From: Pseudomonadota bacterium
Lineage (GTDB): Bacteria; Campylobacterota; Campylobacteria; Campylobacterales; Sulfurimonadaceae
DNA: 64,000 bases
Assembly: GCA_043797085.1 (NCBI GenBank)
Contig: JAZDQA010000005.1
Coordinates: 1-64,000, forward strand
Direction: 5' to 3'
Shown here: positions 56,577-64,000 of the stretch, piece by piece
How positions within the stretch are numbered: position 1 is the first letter of the stretch
Layout: each line of letters opens with the position of its first letter
Notes under the pieces: model-generated
Told to the model about the DNA's origin: nothing
Database searches by the model: none
The model's input: only the letters and a program-made list of their open reading frames with translations
Program-made: the position numbers and the translations under genes

Positions 56577-57468
56577 GTTGTACTTTCTTATCTACAAGAT
56601 TATATTGAAATTTCATATGCTCTTCATGGCTGTTTTCAAAGAGGTGAACATCGCATACAAGATTGTAAGAAACACCTGCTTTGTAAATGAAAAAGTAGTT
56701 GTCAAAAACAGCACCAAGTGCAGGCTCTGCCGTAATAGCTTCTTCTTTCGTAACGTATGCCTTGGTGCGAAAAAGTGTAAGTGAACGGATTTTTTCAGAG
56801 GAAGTATTGGGCAGAATGAGAGAGAGAGTTTCGGCATTAATTGCATTAAAATCCATTTTCTCCCCTTCATATCCGATATATAGATTCCATGGTATTGATA
56901 AAACCGCCGTATCTTTTGTCAGCTCAATATAACGCGATAAGATGAGATTAAAATGAGATTCATTTGCAATCAAACCATTTTTAAAGTCGCTTTGCAATAC
57001 TCTAATTTCCGTATCCGTCCCGCGCTCTGCTGTATCAATATCGATTGTATCAAAAACGAGCTTAAGTAGCATGTCCGCATCCGCAATAGGATGCAAGGCA
57101 AACACCCGCATGAACAAGGCTAGATTCACCTCATTGACTTTTCCGTCAGAGCTCATCAAGTTATTAATATTAAACCGATTATACGGCGATGAGAGTTGTG
57201 CTTTGAGACTAAAATCACCTTTTTTATTTTCCAGCTGCAACGGCAGACGCATAGCTAAATCCAGTTCCTCAGCTCCGGTAATAGGACTAAGCAGTGATGG
57301 AAGCTGTTGCTCCAAATCATTAATGGCACGTAACGACGCACTTTGAAAAAATGCATTGTTCCCCAACCGTGACAATCGCTCGCTTTGCGTCAGCACTAAA
57401 GTAACGATACCCATCATAAGCGTTATCAATACCAAGGTCATCATCAAAACTATTCCGCGTTTTTTCAT
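56560..57468 (-). CDS. gspK: T2SS minor pseudopilin K
   Basis: MKKRG/IVLMMTL prepilin-like start, FNINNL, D.ID.D. Confidence 0.8.
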   Translation of the reverse strand: MKKRGIVLMMTLVLITLMMGIVTLVLTQSERLSRLGNNAFFQSASLRAINDLEQQLPSLLSPITGAEELDLAMRLPLQLENKKGDFSLKAQLSSPYNRFNINNLMSSDGKVNEVNLALFMRVFALHPIADADMLLKLVFDTIDIDTAERGTDTEIRVLQSDFKNGLIANESHFNLILSRYIELTKDTAVLSIPWNLYIGYEGEKMDFNAINAETLSLILPNTSSEKIRSLTLFRTKAYVTKEEAITAEPALGAVFDNYFFIYKAGVSYNLVCDVHLFENSHEEHMKFQYNLVDKKVQRVEFL

Positions 57469-57506
57469 ATCAGTTAAGTTGTCTTTTTTTTAATATTTTA
57501 AAAAGA

Positions 57507-57540
57507 AGTATAGCGTTCATACATGAACTTTTAATGAACA
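57507..57540 (-). promoter_or_regulatory. PhoB/OmpR-type tandem box plus -10 for the gspK arm
   Basis: TGTTCATTAAAAGTTCAT-10 nt-TATACT. Confidence 0.6.
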
Positions 57541-57694
57541 AATCCCTCTTTGAGAGGGAATAAGTGGACGTTGATGTTAAAATTGAGCAATACTAATATG
57601 GATTGGTTACGTATTGATAATATTACAGTAATGGATTTGTAATCTATGCCCCCTACTATTTTGCCGTTACGAAACACCTAAAAAGGGATGGATT

Positions 57695-59836
57695 ATGCTT
57701 AAAAAAGAGTTTGACATTGAATGTGATAGTGGAAGCGGTAATGATTCAGAAAACCAAAGTTTTGAGAATGTATTAGCGGAGCGTCTAAGCCGACGTGATG
57801 TTTTTAAATTGGGTGCCGGAATGATCGGAACAGCATTTTTCGGCTCATTTATGAGTGGATATGGAAATGATGATGATTCAACAACGTCAACTGCTGCTGC
57901 CACAGCACTTCTTGGATTTAATGTTGTCGCTAAAAATCTCAATGATACTGTAACTGTTCCATCGGGATATACAGCAAAGTCTATTTTTGCGACAGGAGAC
58001 CCAATCAAACTAGGTGTTAGTACTTATGCAAATGATGGAAGCAACACGGGTGACTTTGATGATCGTAGCGGTGATTGCCACGATGGAATGACCTATTTTG
58101 GTCTTAAATCAGACAACAGCGGCTACGATGCAACGAACTCTAAAAATGCCCTTCTCTGTATGAATTATGAATACATCAATCAAGATTATCTTCATACACC
58201 TGCAGAAGTAGCGGCAATCGTTCCTAGTGCCCGTGTAGCGGATCAAGTTGACAAAGAGATCGCTTCACACGGTGTTGGAGTGATTAAAGTAACAGATTCG
58301 GGTTCAGGATTTGCAGTAGATAAAAGCTCTAGCTACAATCGCCGTATCACTGGAGCCACTCCAATAGCGATCAACGGTCCCGCACGCGGAAACGTATTGG
58401 TTCAAACAGCCTATTCGACCGATGGAACCATGACACGCGGAACGCTTAATAACTGTGCTGTAGGATCAACTCCATGGGGAACGTTCCTCACGTGTGAAGA
58501 GAACTGGGCAGGATATTTTAAACGCGATACTCGCATCGGCAAAGAGGCGACCGCTATGAGCCGCTATGGCATCGGAACTAGTAGCCGTTATGGATGGGAA
58601 AGTGTTTATCCGCAATTTAGTGCAAGCATCACAGGTGCCGATGCAACTGCTGATTACCGTCATGTTGCTAATACTCAAGGATGGATCGTAGAGATAGATC
58701 CGTTCAGCCCATCATCAACGCCGATTAAACGTACCACAATGGGTCGTTTTGCCCATGAAACAGCTTCTTTGGCAAAAGTAACCGTCGGTAAACCTGTCAT
58801 ATTTTATATGGGAGACGATGCCAAAGGGGAATACATCTATAAATACGTCTCTACTCAAAATTGGGTAGCTTCTGATGCGACAGGCGGTCTGGCTGCCGGA
58901 AACAAATATCTCGATAGCGGAACCCTCTATGCTGCTAAATTCAACGCAGATGGAACAGGGACATGGCTTAAAGTCGATATCAGTGAAACGGTTATCGCCT
59001 CTTACGCAACGTATGCATTCAGTGATGCTGCCGATGTTGCTATTAATACCCGTCTTGCTGCGGATGCACTCGGTGCGACGAAAATGGACCGTCCTGAATG
59101 GTGTAGTGTTCATCCAACAACCGGAGAAGTTTACGTCACTTTGACGAATAACTCTGATCGTGCTAAATCAGGTAAATACGGTCTCGATGCCGCAAATCCA
59201 CGTTACTATACTGATACCTATGGTTCATCAACAACGAACAAAGGTAACGTAAACGGTCACATTATCCGATGGAAAGAAGCGAGTAACGATCCTGCCGCAA
59301 CAACCTTTACATGGGATATCTATCTCTTCGGTGCACAAGCGGATGCCAATGGAACCAATGTCAATATCTCAGGATTAACAAATGACAACGATTTCTCCAG
59401 TCCGGATGGATTATGGTTTAGTGATGTGACTAAAGGACTCCTTTGGGTACAAACCGATGATGGTGCTTATACCGATACTACAAACTGTATGATGCTCGCC
59501 GCTGTTCCGGGAAGTGTCGGTGATGGTAGCAGCCAGATCGTTACCAGTACGGCTGTTCCTACAAACGCAGCTGCAGATCAAGCCGTTACAACTTATGTCG
59601 GAAAAGACGCGACGGCAACAACACTTAAACGCTTTCTTGTTGGACCAAAATCGTGTGAGATTACCGGTATTGCAGAGACACCGGATGGTAAAACAATCTT
59701 CGTCAATATCCAACACCCGGGTGAAGATGGAACAGCAACAACTCCTACAAGTCACTGGCCTGATGGTGGAACTGCACGTCCGCGTTCAGGTACAATCGTT
59801 ATCACTAAAAATGATGGCGGAGTTGTCGGGTATTAA
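57695..59836 (+). CDS. phoX: PhoX family (DUF839) alkaline phosphatase, Tat-exported
   Basis: SRRDVFK Tat motif, HDGM, NNCA..TPWGTFLTCEEN, GRFAHE, MDRPE, SPDG, CEITG, NIQHPG. Confidence 0.92.
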   Translation: MLKKEFDIECDSGSGNDSENQSFENVLAERLSRRDVFKLGAGMIGTAFFGSFMSGYGNDDDSTTSTAAATALLGFNVVAKNLNDTVTVPSGYTAKSIFATGDPIKLGVSTYANDGSNTGDFDDRSGDCHDGMTYFGLKSDNSGYDATNSKNALLCMNYEYINQDYLHTPAEVAAIVPSARVADQVDKEIASHGVGVIKVTDSGSGFAVDKSSSYNRRITGATPIAINGPARGNVLVQTAYSTDGTMTRGTLNNCAVGSTPWGTFLTCEENWAGYFKRDTRIGKEATAMSRYGIGTSSRYGWESVYPQFSASITGADATADYRHVANTQGWIVEIDPFSPSSTPIKRTTMGRFAHETASLAKVTVGKPVIFYMGDDAKGEYIYKYVSTQNWVASDATGGLAAGNKYLDSGTLYAAKFNADGTGTWLKVDISETVIASYATYAFSDAADVAINTRLAADALGATKMDRPEWCSVHPTTGEVYVTLTNNSDRAKSGKYGLDAANPRYYTDTYGSSTTNKGNVNGHIIRWKEASNDPAATTFTWDIYLFGAQADANGTNVNISGLTNDNDFSSPDGLWFSDVTKGLLWVQTDDGAYTDTTNCMMLAAVPGSVGDGSSQIVTSTAVPTNAAADQAVTTYVGKDATATTLKRFLVGPKSCEITGIAETPDGKTIFVNIQHPGEDGTATTPTSHWPDGGTARPRSGTIVITKNDGGVVGY

Positions 59837-59841
59837 TAATG

Positions 59842-59861
59842 TTCTCCCTTTTTAGGGAGAA
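59842..59861 (+). terminator. Probable terminator after phoX
   Basis: TTCTCCCT-tttt-AGGGAGAA. Confidence 0.6.
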
Positions 59862-60159
59862 TTTCAACCCTAAAAAGTTCATAAACCCCAACTATTCATT
59901 CAAAAGCAAATTTATTGTCTTAAGTTTGAGAGCTTCACTTCAACCCTAAAAATCTTCATCTATATGCGCTTATGAAGTAGAACCTATGAACGAATATTTT
60001 ACTTCAAAGTTTAGATGTATTTCAAAAATAACTGTGTTGCACTTGATTGTTGAATGAGCGTTTCAAAATTGATTTTATTTTTATTAATATTAAAAAATAA
60101 ATTGTGTGAAATAGTTAGAAAAATAGTTCTACAACTAAACAGTATAGATTTTATAATAG

Positions 60160-60193
60160 TGTTCATTAAGTTGTCATTTTTTCATGTTAGAAT
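60160..60193 (+). promoter_or_regulatory. PhoB/OmpR-type tandem box plus -10 for the gspG arm
   Basis: TGTTCATTAAGTTGTCAT-10 nt-TAGAAT. Confidence 0.6.
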
Positions 60194-60227
60194 ACAATAG
60201 TGATTACAAAAAAGTAGGAGTTATAGA

Positions 60228-60659
60228 ATGAAATTTGATTCTAAAAGAAAAGCGTTTACCTTAATAGAAATTATGGTTGTTATCATTATTTTAGGACTTT
60301 TGGCGGCGTTTGTTATTCCTAATATTACAGGAAAAAGCGGTGAAGCCAAACAAAAATTGGTCTGTATTCAGATGAAGAGTTTAAATGAGAGTCTGAAAAT
60401 GTTCAAAGTTGACAATGGTTCTTATCCTGCAAGCGAAGAGGGATTGAATGCTCTTATCACAAATCCTAATCCTAACGAATACACCTCGTATGCTCCAAGT
60501 GCTTACATTGAGGGGAAAAACCTTCCTAAAGATCCGTGGAATAAACCGTATTTATATCTCAATCTCGATGGTTCTGTCGAACTCATCTCTCTAGGTGCTG
60601 ATGGCAAAGAGGGTGGAGAAGGTGAAGATAAGGATCAAAAACTTTCCGAGTGCCGCTAA
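60228..60659 (+). CDS. gspG: T2SS major pseudopilin G
   Basis: AFTLIEIMVV, GL.AL, PKDPW, SLGADG..GG.G. Confidence 0.95.
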   Translation: MKFDSKRKAFTLIEIMVVIIILGLLAAFVIPNITGKSGEAKQKLVCIQMKSLNESLKMFKVDNGSYPASEEGLNALITNPNPNEYTSYAPSAYIEGKNLPKDPWNKPYLYLNLDGSVELISLGADGKEGGEGEDKDQKLSECR

Positions 60660-61211
60660 GTGAAAACGTTTCGTGGGGGGATGACTCTTTTTGAATTACT
60701 GATCGTTATGATAATTGTCGGGATTGTCTATTCGATTGGTATATTTACGTTAAAAAAAGAGAAAGTCACCGCCACGACGATGAGTATATCCACACTAAAA
60801 ACTACTCTTTTATCTCTTTCTCAATCAAGCGAAATCCGTATGTTTTGCGATACCTCTTGTGCAGAGTGCCGTGTATTTTCAAATGAGGGGAAAGTCATTA
60901 CCGTGTTAAATCTGCATTCGAATGAGACAATACAGCGTTATGGTTTTGATCGTTTTGGCGAACTTCAACGGTTGGGGAATACTGTTGCACGAACAGAAGA
61001 CGCATTAGAGCAAGGGTGTTTTGAGATGTCACTTCGTCCTGATGGATCGGTAACGCCTGTAATATTAAAGAGCAATAATACATTTTATGCGTATACCCCT
61101 ATGGGCGAAAATAAACCCTACATTGCCAAAAGTGAAGAGGCTTTACGAAATATGCTCTTTAATGAAGCTGACTATCCTCTGAGAGGAGATGACGTGTATG
61201 GCGCTTTCTAA
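60660..61211 (+). CDS. Minor pseudopilin (GspH-like)
   Basis: GMTLFELLIV prepilin motif. Confidence 0.75.
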   Translation: MKTFRGGMTLFELLIVMIIVGIVYSIGIFTLKKEKVTATTMSISTLKTTLLSLSQSSEIRMFCDTSCAECRVFSNEGKVITVLNLHSNETIQRYGFDRFGELQRLGNTVARTEDALEQGCFEMSLRPDGSVTPVILKSNNTFYAYTPMGENKPYIAKSEEALRNMLFNEADYPLRGDDVYGAF

Positions 61212-61632
61212 AGGCTTTTCTCTTATCGAAACACTGGTTGCCATAACCATCGCTTCCATCGCTACGATGGCGTTGATGAAGGTAATTTCCAACTCTTCGA
61301 GCATTTCTATAAATGCGATTGGACGTTTTGATTCATCGATTATGATGGGTTTGGTTGCAGGAGAAGTGAATGAGACGTTCGATGGCAGAGTTATGAGTGC
61401 GGATGAGATTGTAGAGACTCGTTATACCATCGATCACCCTGTGATTCTTGAATCGCTGAAATCAACCTCGTATGAGATTCGCTTGTTACCTAAAGAGATT
61501 CTCAACCCTCTTATGACAACCAACGTAAATGGGGTAGATCCGACAACGGCTTCGATTGCTATCCAAAAAGTGATTTTAAAAAATCCCCAAGAGCAGAAAT
61601 CTTTTTTCCGTATTACATCGGGTTCTCTATGA
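61198..61632 (+). CDS. Minor pseudopilin (GspI-like)
   Basis: GFSLIETLVA motif; start 61198 or 61189. Confidence 0.75.
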   Translation: MALSKGFSLIETLVAITIASIATMALMKVISNSSSISINAIGRFDSSIMMGLVAGEVNETFDGRVMSADEIVETRYTIDHPVILESLKSTSYEIRLLPKEILNPLMTTNVNGVDPTTASIAIQKVILKNPQEQKSFFRITSGSL

Positions 61633-62132
61633 GACGCAATGCTTTTACCCTGATCGAATTGGTGGTTTCAATAGCTTTGTTTGGGCTTATCACGGTTTTT
61701 TTATTCGGGGCGATTGATGAGTTACGAAAGCAACAAATGTTTTTTCAACAAAAAGAAGTTGTGATTGAACGAAAAAATCAAATTGTGTCATTGTTGCGAA
61801 CTGACTTAGACCGGGCACAGTCAGTCACTGTTTCGACAAGCATGAGCAAGGATTTTGACACGGTCTCGATTACCGGTTCAAACCGCTCGTTATATGGAAT
61901 CGATCGTCCATACGTTGTATGGCTGGTACTAAAAGCGGATAATACGTTGATACGGCTAGAATCCTCTTCTCTCATCACCATACCTATCGCACCTGAAACA
62001 CTGTATTCGATCCACAGTGACCGTATCGCAAAGCAGTGTGAATTGTTTCGCGTGTATGATTCCCCCAAACATCGACTGCTCTATCTAAAATTTGAAAATC
62101 AATCGCCCTTGATCGTTGAAACAACCAAATAA
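61629..62132 (+). CDS. Minor pseudopilin (GspJ-like)
   Basis: AFTLIELVVS, L..DL motif. Confidence 0.75.
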   Translation: MRRNAFTLIELVVSIALFGLITVFLFGAIDELRKQQMFFQQKEVVIERKNQIVSLLRTDLDRAQSVTVSTSMSKDFDTVSITGSNRSLYGIDRPYVVWLVLKADNTLIRLESSSLITIPIAPETLYSIHSDRIAKQCELFRVYDSPKHRLLYLKFENQSPLIVETTK

Positions 62133-62143
62133 TTAGAAATTTT

Positions 62144-62569
62144 TTAAAGACGTTTTATTTTGCTGGTAGAAAAATCAGCGACCAATTCTTCAAGCCGCAT
62201 AGCAGAGTACATGGCATCGATTTCATTACGCCAAATTTCCCATTGGGCATGAAGGGCACACGGCTTTTCAGCTTCGCATTCACCGATCCCCAACAAACAC
62301 GTATCAAATAAGACCGTACCATCCACAGCATGGATGATCGAGATTAGGGTTATTTCTGACGCGTCACGGGAGAGTTTTACCCCTCCTGAAGCGCCTCGAT
62401 GTGAGGTTAAAATGTCTGCATGAACGAGTTTTTGGAGTGATTTTGCTAAAAAATGATAGGGAAGATCGAGCGCTTCACTGATAATTTGAATACGATAATA
62501 CTCATCTCGCGGTTTGGTGGCGAGCCAAACAGCCGCTCGAATGGTATCTTGGCAGGCAGAGGAGAGCAT
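62144..62569 (-). CDS. Rrf2 family transcriptional regulator
   Basis: FLAK.LQKL, S.RG..GG, C-x6-C-x5-C-x2-H. Confidence 0.92.
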   Translation of the reverse strand: MLSSACQDTIRAAVWLATKPRDEYYRIQIISEALDLPYHFLAKSLQKLVHADILTSHRGASGGVKLSRDASEITLISIIHAVDGTVLFDTCLLGIGECEAEKPCALHAQWEIWRNEIDAMYSAMRLEELVADFSTSKIKRL

Positions 62570-63426
62570 TATTCTTTTTCCGTTTTACGAATGATGTACA
62601 CAAAAACCGCAAATACGAGCAATAAAAAGGCGAGAGCAGCAACCAATGTTGACGCATAAGGTAAATCTTTGTAGTTATGAAGTGAAATTTTAAAGACCAC
62701 TAAGAGCGCTTCGATGAGTAACGCGATGATGATGGAGACCGAAAAATTTAACAACGTTTTGGGATTAAAGACATCGCTTACATGCTGAGTTCTTGGAAGT
62801 ACCTCTTGTTCTACGATGGTTTTTCCCAAATCATAAACCGCAAGACCGAGGGTGAGAGCGATGATGGGCTTAAAGACTGCGTCAATGGAGAGCGGAGCAA
62901 CACCCACCAAATACCCTATAAACGTATAAAATCCATACAGCACGACAAAGACCCCAAAAAAGAGCAGTCCACCGCCGATAAGAGCGTAAGAGGTTCGGTT
63001 AAGGAATTTGAATACGTCATTTTTTTCGATAACGTCAAATCGTTCTAAAAGTTTTCGGAGACCAAAATCCAAGAAGAGATACCCTTCTCCCACAGCATAG
63101 ACCACGGTGATGCATAAAGCACCGGTAGCCGTTGAGATATAAGGATCGCTGATGTAGTGCCCTTTTTGAATTTCAACTTCATTGATGAGATAGGAGCGAT
63201 CCACCCCGATATGGTGATGTTCTTCACGATTAAGATAGATATTCGGAGAGTTTTGGACAAATCCCTCATCCGACATATAAAGAAGTTCCAAGCTTGGGAA
63301 GGTTTTGTAAAGTCGCTCGATTAAGTGAACATTGAGTGTTTTTAAACTGACATTTCCCAACGTTGAGAGAATAAATTTTTGGATAAGCGGAGCATTCGCT
63401 GCATAGCTTCGTACTAGATCTTGCAT
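62569..63426 (-). CDS. PDC/Cache-like sensor domain membrane protein
   Basis: DRSY, ISDPYIS.ATG..CITV; four C-terminal TM helices. Confidence 0.75.
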   Translation of the reverse strand: MQDLVRSYAANAPLIQKFILSTLGNVSLKTLNVHLIERLYKTFPSLELLYMSDEGFVQNSPNIYLNREEHHHIGVDRSYLINEVEIQKGHYISDPYISTATGALCITVVYAVGEGYLFLDFGLRKLLERFDVIEKNDVFKFLNRTSYALIGGGLLFFGVFVVLYGFYTFIGYLVGVAPLSIDAVFKPIIALTLGLAVYDLGKTIVEQEVLPRTQHVSDVFNPKTLLNFSVSIIIALLIEALLVVFKISLHNYKDLPYASTLVAALAFLLLVFAVFVYIIRKTEKE

Positions 63427-63546
63427 GGACTCTCCTTAGGTAAAATTGATGAGAAAATTATAGTCTAATATAGTACCTAGAAGCTGATTATAAAATCATC
63501 AATTTTACAGAAGTCTCTTATAAGCTCCGGTTGTTAAAATACGCCA

Positions 63547-64000
63547 ATGCAAAAAATTATTATAAATCAAAAGTTTTATGGCTCACTCGAACTCGATAAT
63601 ACCGACGAAGCACGACGTGTTTTTTCCAAAGTAAAAAGTGCTTTCGGAACTCAAAAAAAGATGGAAATCGGTTTGATTTTCCCCAGCTATAAGCTCAAAG
63701 CCCTTGAAAGTTATCAAAAAGGGGGAGCGCGGCAGGAATTGGAAGACATCGAGCTTTACATCGAGCTGGGTAAAATCTTGCGATTTGATACACAAGATGC
63801 ACAAAAGCTCAAAAATAGTATCGAACTGACCAACGATATTGCTCATAATCATTACAATATTTCCAAGCGCCTTACTCTTATAAATAAGCCACATCCAACT
63901 AAAAATGGTGGTCATTATCTGTTCTGGGACATCGAAAATTTTTCCAATATCGGCTCGATGTTCAACGATGTTATTGAAAAATACGATATTCCTGACCATC
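63547..64000 (+). CDS. Probable NYN/PIN-like domain protein, runs off the window
   Basis: Open frame MQKIIINQKF... containing YLFWDIENF; not in ORF track because it has no stop. Confidence 0.65.
   Translation, partial: MQKIIINQKFYGSLELDNTDEARRVFSKVKSAFGTQKKMEIGLIFPSYKLKALESYQKGGARQELEDIELYIELGKILRFDTQDAQKLKNSIELTNDIAHNHYNISKRLTLINKPHPTKNGGHYLFWDIENFSNIGSMFNDVIEKYDIPDH

Noticed and set aside
63583..63999. 138-aa minus-strand ORF
   Set aside because: Shadow of the plus-strand frame from 63547, which carries an NYN-like motif

Overview
Chromosomal window from a Campylobacterota (epsilonproteobacterial) genome. Gene content and order suggest a Sulfuricurvum/Sulfurimonas-like organism (inference). 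Positions 1-36.5 kb are mostly housekeeping: a Lys-Glu-Val-Asp tRNA cluster, cinA, ileS-gatA-guaB, metY-metX-xseB, dapC-murC-mutS2-ligA, tlyA-ribF, atpB, gatB, K+ channel/TrkA, gpsA and an ABC-F ATPase, with small accessory inserts. Positions 36.6-62.1 kb are a nutrient-scavenging region. It holds a decayed toxin-antitoxin pair, an orphan MotB/OmpA-domain protein and an assimilatory nitrate cluster (NrtABD-type ABC transporter, porin, NarB-type nitrate reductase, NirA, siroheme genes). It also holds a type II secretion cluster split into two divergent arms around a Tat-exported PhoX phosphatase. Main observations: matching PhoB/OmpR-like boxes with identical geometry in front of both T2SS arms; a PhoX with Tyr at the apparent lipobox Cys position; a tRNA-Glu lacking U33; an unannotated 39-aa membrane ORF coupled between ileS and gatA; a family of palindromic MITE-like elements; and a shared candidate operator upstream of both nitrate operons. 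No CRISPR array, rRNA or transposase was seen. All calls come from motif recognition by eye; no database searches were run.
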